A stretch of DNA of 64,000 bases, taken from the NCBI GenBank assembly GCA_963776985.1, contig CAVZOV010000002.1:1058338-1122337 (forward strand), read 5' to 3'. Under the pieces are notes generated by a model. That model did not search any database. It was not told the DNA's origin and saw nothing but the letters and a program-made list of their open reading frames with translations. This stretch comes from an uncultured Solirubrobacterales bacterium. Lineage in GTDB: Bacteria > Actinomycetota > Thermoleophilia > Solirubrobacterales > Solirubrobacteraceae. Made by a program: the position numbers and the translations under genes. Of the stretch, positions 53,889-64,000 are shown piece after piece (position 1 is the first letter of the stretch; each line of letters opens with the position of its first letter).

Positions 53889-54996
53889 CGGCGCGCGCGA
53901 CTGCCCTGAAGAGAAGGTCGATCGCGGGCCGCGCACCTCCCTCGGTCTCGATCAATGCTCGGGCCGCCCTCAGCGCCGAGCCGATCGTGTCGAGCGCCTC
54001 GCCGCTGGCGCCCGGTTCGGGGTCGCGACATGCCGCAATCGCCAGGTCGAGCATTCCCTTGGCTTGGTCTGATGCACCGGCGAACAGCGCCGGTCCGGCA
54101 AGACTGGCATAACCGTAAACACGGGCGAGGCGACCGGACATGGCAAGCTCGTCCGAGCCACGCGGTGGGCTGGTTGGGGGAAGGCCCTTGCCATCGACCA
54201 GGCTTGCCATCGTCTCGCCCAGGACGAGGCGCGTGGCCTGCTCGTCAAGGCCGGCGTGCGCAGCTACGCGCAGCGTGAGATACAGGCCGCTGGAGGTCAG
54301 GCCATAGGGCGGGTCGGTGGCGAACACGACGCGCTCGGCGGGCACGCGCGCAAGCAGTTGGATGACGTCCACCGGGAAGAAGCAGGAGGTGTCGTACAAA
54401 ATCCCGGGATGGCCGGCCAGGCGCGAGGTGAGGATGCCCTGGTCGCAGATAGCGCCGTGCGCGAGGATCAACACGACGCCCGGATGACGCAGCGCAAGGT
54501 CGGCGAGGCCGTCGGCGATCGGAGGCATACCGCGTCCCGCATGGATCAGGATCGGCACGCTTGCTTCTTCGGCGAGCGAGAAGATGCCCTCCATCTCTGC
54601 GCCGTCGAACGCGAACGCTTGCGCTCGCGGATGAAGCTTTATGCCGCGCGCTCCCCGCTCGATGCAACGCATGCCCTCGACTGTGGGGGCTTCGGCCGGG
54701 TCGAGCCGGCAGAAGGGGATCAGTCGACCCTCGCTTTCTCCGGCCCATGCGAGCACCCGGTCGTTGGGCACGCTGTAGGAGGGCTTGCGCTCGGGGTCGT
54801 GCAGCGGGAACACGCACGCCCGCCGCGCGTCCGCCGCGTCAAGCTGGGAGAGCAGCGTCGGCAGGTCCAGCGAGCGACCGTCCTCGTCGAGCCCCAGGTG
54901 TGTGTGCGCGTCGAACGTTTCGCCGTCTGCGGGCCGCAGCCGCTCGGCTTCTGCCACGAAGGGAGCAATGGCGTTGGCGTACAGGGTCGCGTTCAC
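53815..54996 (-). CDS. amidohydrolase-family (TIM-barrel metal hydrolase) protein with a C-terminal extension
   Basis: DAHTHLG metal motif, GIKLHP, ILIHAG. GTG start at 54996. The 3' end overlaps prmA by 74 bp. Confidence 0.65.
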   Translation of the reverse strand: MNATLYANAIAPFVAEAERLRPADGETFDAHTHLGLDEDGRSLDLPTLLSQLDAADARRACVFPLHDPERKPSYSVPNDRVLAWAGESEGRLIPFCRLDPAEAPTVEGMRCIERGARGIKLHPRAQAFAFDGAEMEGIFSLAEEASVPILIHAGRGMPPIADGLADLALRHPGVVLILAHGAICDQGILTSRLAGHPGILYDTSCFFPVDVIQLLARVPAERVVFATDPPYGLTSSGLYLTLRVAAHAGLDEQATRLVLGETMASLVDGKGLPPTSPPRGSDELAMSGRLARVYGYASLAGPALFAGASDQAKGMLDLAIAACRDPEPGASGEALDTIGSALRAARALIETEGGARPAIDLLFRAVARAATEQPQAVSATGPTTPRAPDALAR

Positions 54997-55133
54997 AGTG
55001 ACCTATTCTGCCGATCCCGGCAGCTGACGGGGTTGCGCCTGTCCCGGCTAATGGTGGCGCGCGGTTCTCGCAAGCCGCCGCGAGGAGCGGTTATCGCGTG
55101 CGTCGCGGCCAGTCGGCGTATCCTGAGCCGAGG

Positions 55134-55565
55134 ATGACGATTGCCGAGCAGGTCCAGACGGATGTGACGAGCGCGATGCGCGCGGGCGAGAAGCAGCGTC
55201 TGAGCGCGCTGCGCATGATTCTCTCCGAGCTGCGCAAGGATGCCAAGGAGGGTGCGGGGGACGAGCTTGCGGTGCTGCGTCGCGAGCGCAAGCGTCGCCT
55301 GGAGGCAGCGAAGGCGTTTCGCGAGGGTGGGCGCGAGGATCTCGCCGACGGCGAGGAGTCCGAGGCACGGCTGATAGAGGGGTATCTGCCGGCCGAGCTT
55401 TCCAACGCGGAGCTTGAGGAGATCGTGCAGCGCGCCGTGGCAGACAGCGGGGCGCAGTCGCCGAAGGACATGGGTCAGGCGATGAAGAGCGCGATGGCGG
55501 CCGTCGATGGGCGCGCCGACGGCAAGCGGGTGTCGGACTTGGTCAGGGCGGCGCTCGGGGGATGA
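55134..55565 (+). CDS. GatB/YqeY domain protein
   Basis: MTIAEQVQTDVTSAMRAGEKQRLSALRMILSELRK is a typical YqeY N-terminus. Confidence 0.8.
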   Translation: MTIAEQVQTDVTSAMRAGEKQRLSALRMILSELRKDAKEGAGDELAVLRRERKRRLEAAKAFREGGREDLADGEESEARLIEGYLPAELSNAELEEIVQRAVADSGAQSPKDMGQAMKSAMAAVDGRADGKRVSDLVRAALGG

Positions 55566-56551
55566 GGACGCAGATCGAGCTGGGAAACGAGGTTGCCGCC
55601 GAGCTGGCGGGCACCCAGGACGCGGTGTTGCGGACGCTTGAGGCTCATCTGCGCTGCAGGGTGTTTTTGCGCGGCAACCTGCTGACGCTGGAGGGCTCCG
55701 AGGAGGATGCGCGCACGGGCGAGCGGGTCGTGCACGAGCTGTCGGAGCTGATCGGCCGCGGTCATGAGATCGGTCCTGGCACGATTGCCGCTGTGACGGG
55801 CGCGCTGGATGCGCACGAATCGCCGGCCAGCGTGCTTGAGGATGTCGTGTGGCGACATCGTGGGTTGCACGTCGCTCCGAAGACGGTCAACCAGAAGCGT
55901 TACGTCGACTCGATTCGCTCGTGCACCGTCACGTTTGGTGTCGGCCCCGCAGGTACCGGCAAGACATTTCTGGCGGTCGCGATGGCTGCCGCGGCACTGT
56001 CGCGCCATGAAGTGAACCGCATCATCCTGACCCGTCCGGCTGTCGAGGCGGGCGAGCGACTTGGCTTCTTGCCGGGCGATTTGATGGCGAAGGTGGATCC
56101 GTACTTGCGCCCGCTGTTCGATGCGTTGCATGACATGCTCGACCCGGAGAAGGTTTCCCAGTACCTGGAGCGGGGGGTGATCGAGATCGCGCCGCTCGCG
56201 TTCATGCGCGGACGCACGCTCAACGACTCGTTCGTGATCCTCGACGAGGCGCAGAACACGACGCCCGAGCAGATGAAGATGTTTCTCACCAGGCTTGGGT
56301 TTGGTTCGAAGATGGTTGTGACGGGCGACATCACCCAGGTCGATTTGCCGCGTGAGCAGCGCTCGGGCCTGATCGCGGTGGGCGAGGTGCTGGACTCGAT
56401 CGAGGGCATTCGCTTCGTGCGCTTCGGCGGGGAGGACGTGGTGCGGCACAAGCTGGTGCAACGGATCGTCGAGGCTTACGACGAGCACAGCCGGCGCGAG
56501 GCGCCTGAGCGACCGGAGGTCGTTCAGCGCCTGGCCGAGCGGCGAGCCTGA
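55562..56551 (+). CDS. phoH: PhoH-family ATPase
   Basis: Walker A GPAGTGKTFLAVA and FVILDEAQN. ATGA overlap with the upstream gene. Confidence 0.9.
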   Translation: MRTQIELGNEVAAELAGTQDAVLRTLEAHLRCRVFLRGNLLTLEGSEEDARTGERVVHELSELIGRGHEIGPGTIAAVTGALDAHESPASVLEDVVWRHRGLHVAPKTVNQKRYVDSIRSCTVTFGVGPAGTGKTFLAVAMAAAALSRHEVNRIILTRPAVEAGERLGFLPGDLMAKVDPYLRPLFDALHDMLDPEKVSQYLERGVIEIAPLAFMRGRTLNDSFVILDEAQNTTPEQMKMFLTRLGFGSKMVVTGDITQVDLPREQRSGLIAVGEVLDSIEGIRFVRFGGEDVVRHKLVQRIVEAYDEHSRREAPERPEVVQRLAERRA

Positions 56552-56563
56552 GTCGCGCCGTCG

Positions 56564-57019
56564 ATGATCGAGGTCGAGGTTTTCGGCGCACTGGCCCCCT
56601 CGGAGTGGCTCGCTCACGGGGAGGTTGAGCGTTTGTGCGCGCTCGCGCTCGCCTCTGCCGGCGTGCGCTACGGTCATCTCGCGGTCGAGTTCGTAGACGC
56701 CGAGCGGATCGGCGAGTTGAACGCTAGGTATCGGCGCAAAGAGGGCCCGACCGACGTGCTTTCCTTTCCGATCGACGGCGCCGAGCCGGGCGATATGACG
56801 CCGAAGGATGCCGAGAGAGCCGCGGACGTGGGTTGCGACCCGAACGAGGAGCGAGTGCCGCGCGAGCTTGGCGACATCGTGATCTGCCCTGAGCACACGG
56901 TTGATTTGCGCGAGGCGGTCGTACACGGTGCCCTGCATCTGGTGGGAATGGACCACGAGACCGACGAGGGGCAGATGCTCGCCGTGCAAGCGGAGATCCT
57001 GCGCTGGGTGGGTTCGTGA
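56564..57019 (+). CDS. ybeY: rRNA maturation endoribonuclease YbeY
   Basis: Zinc motif HGALHLVGMDHE. Confidence 0.9.
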   Translation: MIEVEVFGALAPSEWLAHGEVERLCALALASAGVRYGHLAVEFVDAERIGELNARYRRKEGPTDVLSFPIDGAEPGDMTPKDAERAADVGCDPNEERVPRELGDIVICPEHTVDLREAVVHGALHLVGMDHETDEGQMLAVQAEILRWVGS

Positions 57020-57897
57020 CTCGCAGCGGCTTCGTCGCGCTCGCGGGGCGGCCCAACGTCGGCAAGTCCACGCTCGTCAATGCGATCGTCGGCGGGAAGA
57101 TCGCAATTGTCTCCGACCGCCCGCAGACGACGCGCAGGGCGATCCGCGGGGTGCGCAGCGACGGCGAGCGCCAGCTCGTGCTGGTCGATCTACCTGGCGT
57201 GCAACGGCCTCGGGACGCGCTCACCGAACGGATGGCTGGACGTGTGCGCGAGGAGCTGGAGGGTTGCGACGCCGCGTTGCTGGTACTCAACGGCGAGCAG
57301 GGCGTGGGGCCGGGCGACCGCTATATCGCCCAGGCGCTCGCGGCGGCAAGCGCACCTGCGGCGATTGCGGTCAACAAGGTGGATCGTCTCGATCGTGCCG
57401 CCACTGTGGCGGTGCTGGCGGCGGCGGGTGAGCTGGATGTGGGCGAGGAGATATTCCCGATCTCGGCGCGCACCGGCAAGGGTGTGGAGGCGCTTGTGAA
57501 GTATCTGGCCGAGTTGATGCCGCTCGGGCCGTTCATGTTCCCGGCGGAGGCCGTCTCCGACCAGCCGCTATCGCTGCTGCTCGCCGAGCTGATCCGCGAG
57601 GCCGTCATCCGGCGCACTTTCCAGGAGCTGCCGCACGCAGTGGAGACGATCGTGGAAGAGGTCGAACGCCCACGCGAGGGCCTCGTGCGGGTGCGCGCGC
57701 TGATCTGGGTCGAGAGCGAGTCTCAGAAGGGGATCGTCGTCGGCGCACGCGGGCGGATGGTCAAGGCGATCGGTATCGCCGCGCGCAAGGAGATCGAGCG
57801 TGAGCTTGACTCTCAGGTTCATCTCGACCTGTCGGTGCGGGTGCGTCGGGATTGGCGCGGGGACGAGGGGCTGCTGGATCGGCTGGGGATTACCTGA
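57016..57897 (+). CDS. era: GTPase Era
   Basis: G1 GRPNVGKST, G3 DLPG, G4 NKVD, and a C-terminal KH domain. Confidence 0.95.
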   Translation: MTRSGFVALAGRPNVGKSTLVNAIVGGKIAIVSDRPQTTRRAIRGVRSDGERQLVLVDLPGVQRPRDALTERMAGRVREELEGCDAALLVLNGEQGVGPGDRYIAQALAAASAPAAIAVNKVDRLDRAATVAVLAAAGELDVGEEIFPISARTGKGVEALVKYLAELMPLGPFMFPAEAVSDQPLSLLLAELIREAVIRRTFQELPHAVETIVEEVERPREGLVRVRALIWVESESQKGIVVGARGRMVKAIGIAARKEIERELDSQVHLDLSVRVRRDWRGDEGLLDRLGIT

Positions 57898-57951
57898 GCG
57901 AGGTTCCTTGGTGGCGGCTCAGCGCGAGCATGTGACGAGGCCGCGAAGACG

Positions 57952-59052
57952 CTATCGCTCGAGCTTGCGCTCCAAGACTCCGGAGATGTCCCTGATCGTC
58001 GTCAAGTCCAGCTCGCCCACGAAAGCGAACGGGACCGTGAGCACGGCGGGTGGCGCACCACCGGCAAAGCGCTGACGTCGCAAACGCGCGATCTGGCTTT
58101 GCTGGACACGTGCGCGTTCGTATGAGGCGCTAGCCACCCGCACAGCGCTGCCGATGACCCGCGCGTCGACGTGGGGCGGCGCTAACCGCTCCACGACAAG
58201 CGCTTCGATTCGCCCCAGCTCCTCGCGCGTGAACCGTCGCGGCAACGTGCCGTTGACGACTACGGCGTCGAGATCGCGGTCAAGCGCTCGGCGCAGGCCT
58301 TCCTCTAGCTCGAGTGTCTCGGTGACCGCCATCTCGCTCGCGTGTGTGACCGCGACGTAGCCTGACCTCTGCGGGTCTTCGAGCAGCTGCCGCGCCCTGC
58401 CTGCCTGCTCGGCCAGCGGTCCGACGCGCACGATCGAGGAGAACGTTTGCGGCGAGCGCAACATCGCAAGCGCATGTCCGGTGGCGGGGGCGTCGAGCAC
58501 GACAAGGTCGTAGGGCGCGCCACCGGACCCCCGGCGGCGCGAATCGCTCGCTGTCCGTTTAGCCGCGCCGCGCCCTTCGCACAGCTCGCGCACCTTGATC
58601 AGGCTGACCAGCTCCTTCGCGCCTGGAGCGGCAGCGGCGAAATAGTGGAAGGTGCTGCTTGCGGCCAGCAGGCGTGCGGAGATGCGGCCGGTGAGGGTTT
58701 GCAGCCACTCGATCATGGCTCTGTCCGGGTCGATGCTTGTGCTCCAGAGGTTCTCTCCCAGCTTGACCTCCTCACCGTGGCCGCGATGGTGGTTGTGGTG
58801 GGCGCGCTCACCGGCGTGCGCTCCGTGCGTGTGCTCGAAAAGATTGGAACCGTCGCCGCTGGAGCGCCCATCGCTGCCGGGCTGCTCATCGCCAAACAGG
58901 TCGGCCGCGTGGTGTTGCTGGCCGACCTCGACGACGACCGTCCGCAGCCCGCGCCTGGCGGCGATCAGGCCGAGGGCGCAGGCAACGGTGCTCTTGCCGG
59001 TGCCGCCCTTGCCCGTCACGACGATCAGCTTGCGCTCTAGCAGTGGGGCCAT
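57952..59052 (-). CDS. ArsA/GET3-like P-loop ATPase with a His-rich insert
   Basis: Deviant Walker [10 protein letters not shown] and the DAPATGHAL switch motif. Start at 59052 or 59061 rather than the track start 59343. Confidence 0.8.
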   Translation of the reverse strand: MAPLLERKLIVVTGKGGTGKSTVACALGLIAARRGLRTVVVEVGQQHHAADLFGDEQPGSDGRSSGDGSNLFEHTHGAHAGERAHHNHHRGHGEEVKLGENLWSTSIDPDRAMIEWLQTLTGRISARLLAASSTFHYFAAAAPGAKELVSLIKVRELCEGRGAAKRTASDSRRRGSGGAPYDLVVLDAPATGHALAMLRSPQTFSSIVRVGPLAEQAGRARQLLEDPQRSGYVAVTHASEMAVTETLELEEGLRRALDRDLDAVVVNGTLPRRFTREELGRIEALVVERLAPPHVDARVIGSAVRVASASYERARVQQSQIARLRRQRFAGGAPPAVLTVPFAFVGELDLTTIRDISGVLERKLER

Positions 59053-59080
59053 TGTCGTCATCCAACCTACAATTCCGCGG

Positions 59081-59707
59081 ATGAGCACACCCGCCGACAG
59101 CACTATCGAGCAACTCCTCGTGTATGACGAGCGCGGCCTGGTGCCGTGCATTGTGCAGGACTGGACCACCGGCGAGGTACTGACACTCGCGTACATGAAC
59201 GAGCTAGCGCTCCAGCGCACGCGCGCCACGGGCGAGCTGCACCTGTGGAGCCGCTCGCGCCAGGAGCTGTGGCACAAGGGCGCGACGAGCGGCAACACGC
59301 AGGCGGTTCGCGCACTGCGCGTGGACTGCGATGGCGATGCCATCCTCGTGCTTGTCGAGCCGGCCGGGCCAGCCTGTCATACGGGAGAGCGCACCTGTTT
59401 TTATCGAGGTGAGCTGGAGCTGCTCGCACCGCACGAGACGCTGCCGGCACTCGAGCGCACGCTGCGCGACCGTGCCCGCGAGCGACCCGCGGGCTCCTAC
59501 ACGGTGGAGTTGCTCGACAATCCCGGCCGGATCGGTGAGAAGGTCATGGAGGAGGCGGAGGAGGTTGCTCGCGCCGCGCGCGAGGAGAGCGACGAGCGCG
59601 TGCACGAAGAGGCCGCGGACCTGCTGTATCACCTGCTCGTGCTGCTGCACAGTCGCGGGCGTGCCCTGTCCGATGCGGAGCGGGTGCTCGATGACCGTCG
59701 TCGCTGA
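59081..59707 (+). CDS. hisIE: bifunctional phosphoribosyl-AMP cyclohydrolase / phosphoribosyl-ATP diphosphatase
   Basis: HisI block [18 protein letters not shown]...DCDGDA...CHTG. HisE block YT..LL......KV.EEA.EV. Confidence 0.9.
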   Translation: MSTPADSTIEQLLVYDERGLVPCIVQDWTTGEVLTLAYMNELALQRTRATGELHLWSRSRQELWHKGATSGNTQAVRALRVDCDGDAILVLVEPAGPACHTGERTCFYRGELELLAPHETLPALERTLRDRARERPAGSYTVELLDNPGRIGEKVMEEAEEVARAAREESDERVHEEAADLLYHLLVLLHSRGRALSDAERVLDDRRR

Positions 59708-59728
59708 CCCCGGCGGGGAGAGCACCCG

Positions 59729-61210
59729 ATGAGCACGGTCGGCGGGACACAAGCGGACCCGCGTATCGGTGCGCACAATCTGATCCCGGTGTGGGAGACA
59801 TTCATCGCCGACTGTGAGACGCCGGTGTCGGCGTTCTTGAAGCTGCGCGAGCTGGCCCCCGGCGAGCCGGCCTTTCTATTGGAGTCGGCCGAGCAGGGCC
59901 AGCGCATGGGGCGCTATTCGTTCATCGGGTTTCGCCCGCGCTCGGTGTTGCGCTGGTCGCTCGGCGACGCTGGCGATCCGTACGCGCTTGCGGCTGCCGC
60001 GGTCGCGCACTGCCGGCAGGCGCTGCGGCCTGACGGGGTGGATGGGTTCCCATTCATGGGCGGTGCGGTCGGCTTCTTTGGCTATGACCTGGTGCGCACG
60101 GTCGAGCCGCTGGGCGAGCCGGCGGGTGGGCGGGAAGGTGATCCTCTCGGCTTGCCGGACATGGCGCTAATGCTGACCGACGTGGTGGTTGCCTTCGATC
60201 ACCTGGAGCACACGATCACGATTCTCGCGAACGCCGACCTCGACGCCGAGCCGGACATCGAGCGTGCGCGTGAGGCCGCCGCGGCAACTATCGCCGAAGT
60301 GCGCGCGTGTCTCGCGGGTCCTGTGCCGGCGGTCGCGCGCTCAGGCGGGCACACTGATCGCCAGGCCCCGAAGTTTGAGTCGAACATGAGCCGCGAGCGT
60401 TTCGAAGCGATGGTGGCGCGCATTGTCGAGTATGTGCACGCGGGGGATGCTTTTCAGGTCGTTCCCTCCCAGCGCTGGTCGGCGGCGGTGCCGGTGGAGG
60501 CCTTCTCTATTTACAGAGGCTTGCGCGCGGTCAACCCGAGCCCTTACATGTACTACCTCGACTTCGGCGATTTTCAGATCGCGGGAGCGAGCCCCGAGCC
60601 GCTGCTCACCGTCACGGGCCACCGCGTCTCGACGCGGCCGATCGCGGGCACCCGCGCGCGCGGCGCCACGCCGGAGGAGGATCGCGAGATCGCGCGTGGG
60701 CTGCTGGAGGATGAGAAGGAGCGCTCCGAGCATGTGATGCTCGTGGACCTCGGCAGAAACGATCTGGGGCGCGTGTGCGAGTACGGCAGCGTCGTTGTGG
60801 ACGAGCTGATGGAGGTCGAGACCTACAGTCACGTGATGCACATCGTCTCCTCAGTGTCGGGCACTCTGCGCGAGGATGTCGGCGCGATGGACGCGCTTCG
60901 CTCGGTGCTCCCGGCGGGCACGCTGTCAGGCGCGCCAAAGGTGCGCGCGATGCAGATCATTGACGAGCTGGAGCCCGTCAAGCGCGGTGGCTATGGGGGT
61001 GCGATCGGCTATCTCAGCTATGCGGGCGACCTGGACACAGCGATTCACATCCGTACTGTCGTCGTCAAGGACGGTGTCGCGCATGTGCAGGCGGGCGGCG
61101 GCACGGTCGCCGACGCCAAGCCGGAGTACGAGTACGAGGAGTCGGTGAACAAGACCAGAGCGGTACTGCGCGCGGTCGAGCTGGCCTGCGAGCAGCCAGA
61201 TTGGGCATGA
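59729..61210 (+). CDS. trpE: anthranilate synthase component I
   Basis: 493 aa. LLESAE, the chorismate-binding C-terminus [15 protein letters not shown]...[10 protein letters not shown]. Confidence 0.95.
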   Translation: MSTVGGTQADPRIGAHNLIPVWETFIADCETPVSAFLKLRELAPGEPAFLLESAEQGQRMGRYSFIGFRPRSVLRWSLGDAGDPYALAAAAVAHCRQALRPDGVDGFPFMGGAVGFFGYDLVRTVEPLGEPAGGREGDPLGLPDMALMLTDVVVAFDHLEHTITILANADLDAEPDIERAREAAAATIAEVRACLAGPVPAVARSGGHTDRQAPKFESNMSRERFEAMVARIVEYVHAGDAFQVVPSQRWSAAVPVEAFSIYRGLRAVNPSPYMYYLDFGDFQIAGASPEPLLTVTGHRVSTRPIAGTRARGATPEEDREIARGLLEDEKERSEHVMLVDLGRNDLGRVCEYGSVVVDELMEVETYSHVMHIVSSVSGTLREDVGAMDALRSVLPAGTLSGAPKVRAMQIIDELEPVKRGGYGGAIGYLSYAGDLDTAIHIRTVVVKDGVAHVQAGGGTVADAKPEYEYEESVNKTRAVLRAVELACEQPDWA

Positions 61211-61845
61211 AGATGAGGGTGCTCGTGATCGACAACTACGACTCCTTCACCTACAACCTCGTGCAGTATCTGGGCGAGCTGGGCGCCGAGGTGGTGACGG
61301 TTCGCAACGACGCCACCACGGTGCAGGAGCTGCTCCAAGGCGACTATGAGCGTTGCGTCATCTCGCCGGGGCCGTGCACCCCGAACGAGGCGGGCATCTC
61401 CATGGATGTGGCCAGGCGGCTGCCCGAAGCGGGGATCCCGACGCTTGGGGTGTGTCTCGGTCACCAGTCGATGGCGCAGGCGTTCGGCGGCGCCGTCAAG
61501 CTGCATGCGCCCGTTCACGGCAAGGCCACGACGATCGAGCACGACGGGCGCACGATCTTCACAGGGCTGGCCTCGCCGCTGACGGTTGGGCGCTATCACT
61601 CGCTTGTAGTCGATAGCGAGCTGCCCGACTGCCTGGAAGCGACGGCGCAGGGCGGCGGTGTGCTGATGGGCTTGCGCCATCGCGAACTACCTGCCGAGGG
61701 CGTTCAGTTTCATCCGGAGTCGGTGCTCACCCAGCAGGGCAAGCAGTTGCTCGCGAACTTTCTCGGGCTCGATTGGCCCGTAGCCGGGGTTACGGCGCCT
61801 TCGTATGGAGCGGCCGCGGGCGCCTTGCGGAAGACAGCGCACTGA
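61207..61845 (+). CDS. trpG: anthranilate synthase component II (glutamine amidotransferase)
   Basis: [12 protein letters not shown], catalytic GVCLGHQ, and FHPES. Confidence 0.9.
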   Translation: MKMRVLVIDNYDSFTYNLVQYLGELGAEVVTVRNDATTVQELLQGDYERCVISPGPCTPNEAGISMDVARRLPEAGIPTLGVCLGHQSMAQAFGGAVKLHAPVHGKATTIEHDGRTIFTGLASPLTVGRYHSLVVDSELPDCLEATAQGGGVLMGLRHRELPAEGVQFHPESVLTQQGKQLLANFLGLDWPVAGVTAPSYGAAAGALRKTAH

Positions 61846-62894
61846 TGCCAAACACGGTTCTCACAAGCGCGATCGACGCGCTTGCCTCGCGCAGGGACCT
61901 GAGCCAGCAGGAGGCCTCGGAGGTGCTCGCGGAGATCATGCATGGCGAGGTGTCCGAGACGCAGATAGCGGCGTTTCTGATCGCGCTGCGCACTAAGGGC
62001 GAGACGGTTGACGAGCTGGCGGGGTTGGCCGCCACGATGCGCGCGCTTGCGGCGCACGTGCCGGTCGAGCGCGACGATCTGCTGGACACGGCGGGCACGG
62101 GCGGCGGGCGGCGCACCTTCAACGTCTCGACCACGGCGGCGCTTGTCGCGGCCGGCGCGGGTTGCGCGGTAGCCAAGCACGGCAACCGCTCGGCGACCAG
62201 CTCCTCAGGCTCGGCCGACGTGCTGGAGGCGCTCGGCGCACGGATCGATCTCGACCCGCAAGGAGTGGCGAGGTGCATTGAGGAGGCGGGGTTCGGGTTC
62301 ATGTTCGCGCCCGCCCACCATCAGGCCACGCGCTTCGTGATCCCGGTCAGACGCGAGCTGGCGGTGCGCACAGCTTTCAACCTGCTGGGGCCGCTCACCA
62401 ACCCGGCGGGCGCGACGCGTCAGCTGATCGGCGTGGCGGACGCGAGCTTTCTGGAGCGGATCGCCGGTGCGCTGGCTCGCCTCGGCGTGCGGCGCGCGCT
62501 GGTGGTTGCGAGCGAGGATGGGTTGGATGAGGTTTCCAACTCCGCGGCCACCCAGGTCGTCGAGGTCAACGGGGAGGAGTTGAGGCGCTACACGCTCACC
62601 CCACAGGAGATCGGTATCGCGCTTGCCGACCCGTCCGATCCGCTGCTCTGCGGCGGCACGCCCGGCGAGAACGCACAGGTTACGCGCGCGGTGTTCGCCG
62701 GGGAGAGCGGCGCTCGCGCGGATCTCGTGCTTGCCAACGCGGGCGCCGCGATCTACACGGCCGGTGCCGCCGACAGCGTCGCGGAGGGCGTCGAGGCTGC
62801 CCGCGCCGCGATCGGCTCGGGCGCCGCTGCGGCTGCGCTGGAGCGGTACGTGCGCGCCAGCCGCGAGTACGCCCCGGAGCAGGCGGCGTCGTGA
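61845..62894 (+). CDS. trpD: anthranilate phosphoribosyltransferase
   Basis: DTAGTGGG, KHGNRS and FMFAPAHH blocks. Confidence 0.9.
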   Translation: MPNTVLTSAIDALASRRDLSQQEASEVLAEIMHGEVSETQIAAFLIALRTKGETVDELAGLAATMRALAAHVPVERDDLLDTAGTGGGRRTFNVSTTAALVAAGAGCAVAKHGNRSATSSSGSADVLEALGARIDLDPQGVARCIEEAGFGFMFAPAHHQATRFVIPVRRELAVRTAFNLLGPLTNPAGATRQLIGVADASFLERIAGALARLGVRRALVVASEDGLDEVSNSAATQVVEVNGEELRRYTLTPQEIGIALADPSDPLLCGGTPGENAQVTRAVFAGESGARADLVLANAGAAIYTAGAADSVAEGVEAARAAIGSGAAAAALERYVRASREYAPEQAAS

Positions 62895-63712
62895 CGGTGC
62901 TGGATCGCATTCTGGCCGAAACGCGCGTCGAGGTGGAGCGTCGCAAGCGCGAGCGGCCACTCCAAGCTGACGCTTCACACGAGCGGCCGGGCCGCTTTCA
63001 CGACGCGCTCGCGGCTCCCGGGATCGGCGCGATAGCCGAGTTCAAGCGCCGCTCGCCCTCGGCGGGAGCGTTGCGCGAGGGCGCCGACATCGCCGAGATC
63101 GCGCGCGCCTACGAGCGGGGCGGAGCGAGCGCGATGTCGGTGCTGACGGAGGGCCCCAACTTCGGCGGGTCGCTCGAGGATCTGTGTGCCGCGCGCGTCG
63201 CGTGCGACCTTCCGATCTTGCGCAAGGACTTCGTGGTCGATCCCTATCAGCTGTATGAGGCACTGCGGGCGGGTGCCGACGCGGTGTTGCTGATCGTGGC
63301 CGCACTCGAGCAGAATGAGCTTGCCGAGCTGCACCAACTGGCGGGCACGCTCGGCTTGGACGCGCTGGTGGAGGTGCACGATCGTGAGGAGCTGGCGCGT
63401 GCGGAGCAAGCTGGGGCGAGGCTGATCGGCATCAACAACCGCGACCTGCGTGATTTCAGCGTGGATGTGGGGCGCACCGCTGGCCTCATGCCGCATATGC
63501 CGGCCGGGGCGATGGTCGTGTCGGAGTCGGGGATCGGCACGCCGCGGCAGCTGGGGGAGCTGGAGCACCTGGGCGTCGCGGCGGTGTTGGTCGGCGAGAC
63601 GCTGATGCGTGCGGCTGACCCAGAGCAGGCACTCGCCTCCCTGCTGATGGGGTCCTCGTGCGCCTCCGGCTCACACGATTTGACTCCGCGCATCGGGTCG
63701 AATCTTTTATGA
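62891..63712 (+). CDS. trpC: indole-3-glycerol-phosphate synthase
   Basis: IAEFKRRSPS, LRKDF, INNRDL and ESGI blocks. GTGA overlap with trpD. Confidence 0.9.
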   Translation: MTVLDRILAETRVEVERRKRERPLQADASHERPGRFHDALAAPGIGAIAEFKRRSPSAGALREGADIAEIARAYERGGASAMSVLTEGPNFGGSLEDLCAARVACDLPILRKDFVVDPYQLYEALRAGADAVLLIVAALEQNELAELHQLAGTLGLDALVEVHDREELARAEQAGARLIGINNRDLRDFSVDVGRTAGLMPHMPAGAMVVSESGIGTPRQLGELEHLGVAAVLVGETLMRAADPEQALASLLMGSSCASGSHDLTPRIGSNLL

Positions 63713-63767
63713 AGCATCACGGTCGTCTTTATTTTGCGTTGAGCGCGAGCAGTCATCCTGAGCGTCC

Positions 63768-64000
63768 ATGAAGCGCATGTTTGCCATCCCGTTCGTGTCG
63801 GCCCTGATCGGGGGCGGAATAGTGGTTGCCGTGATCGCCGCGACTAGCGGCTTGGGCTCCTCGCAGAAGACGGTCACGGTCGTGCAGCAGTCCTCGCCGA
63901 TCGCGCCCTCGAATGCTTCCCAGCAGACCACGGGGTTGACCCCGCACCAGATTTACGAGCGGGACGCTCCCGGCGTGGCGCTTGTCACGTCCACCATCGT
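63768..64000 (+). CDS. probable membrane-anchored trypsin-like (HtrA/S1C-type) serine protease, N-terminal part only
   Basis: ATG 63768, TM anchor FAIPFVSALIGGGIVVAVIAA, then LTPHQIYERDAPGVALVTST, typical of the start of S1C protease domains. Truncated by the window edge. Confidence 0.5.
   Translation, partial: MKRMFAIPFVSALIGGGIVVAVIAATSGLGSSQKTVTVVQQSSPIAPSNASQQTTGLTPHQIYERDAPGVALVTSTI

Noticed and set aside
55475-56989. 504-aa minus-strand ORF
   Set aside because: It is antisense to phoH and ybeY, which carry diagnostic motifs. The peptide is Arg/Leu/His-rich shadow.
1-64000. CRISPR arrays, rRNA genes, large tandem repeats
   Set aside because: No regularly spaced repeats of 25-40 bp and no rRNA-like segments were noticed during the read-through. 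Only the short phased CCGGTCG triplet and the att/IS repeats are reported above.

Overview
This is a 64-kb high-GC, actinobacterium-like chromosomal segment; hand-counted sample lines in housekeeping genes run about 62-70% GC. I cannot name the species. All family calls come from motif recognition by eye, and no searches were run.

Layout:
(1) 1-10.4 kb, core metabolism: a crotonase fragment, two tandem-YbjQ paralogues, an acyl-CoA carboxyltransferase, an amidase, an IMPase, two tRNA-Leu, a class-III aminotransferase and lysS.
(2) 10.5-17.7 kb, lower-GC accessory stretch: a dual-HTH XRE regulator, an orphan three-gene minor-(pseudo)pilin operon (sample lines 35-55% GC), tRNA-Trp and a lipoprotein.
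(3) 17.8-22.0 kb: an SDR, arfB and a BcsA-like GT2-PilZ synthase.
(4) 22.05-34.46 kb, a decayed integrative island in tRNA-His bounded by a perfect 46-bp direct repeat. It carries four IS elements of four families (IS66-, IS630-, IS481- and IS1182-like, each with recognisable IRs; clear target duplications for the first three). It also holds a tyrosine integrase split by the IS1182-like element, a Zn-ribbon/papain-like/GNAT fusion protein, frameshifted genes, a Fic protein with an overlapping small ORF, and a lipoprotein paralogue.
(5) 36.0-49.7 kb, a plasmid/ICE-like module, which is my best candidate for an undescribed system. It has two copies of a coupling-protein-like P-loop ATPase plus a Replic_Relax-like protein, once as a 1245-aa fusion and once as two coupled genes. 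It also has unusual regulators (TetR+wHTH, double TetR, dual-HTH XRE, an OmpR-type regulator with a degenerate acidic pocket), an SSB, and two long ORF-free regions rich in promoter-like motifs and hairpins.
(6) 49.9-64 kb, core again: MaoC dehydratases, hrcA-dnaJ-prmA, yqeY-phoH-ybeY-era, an ArsA-like ATPase, hisIE-trpEGDC and the start of a protease.

No CRISPR array or rRNA was seen.
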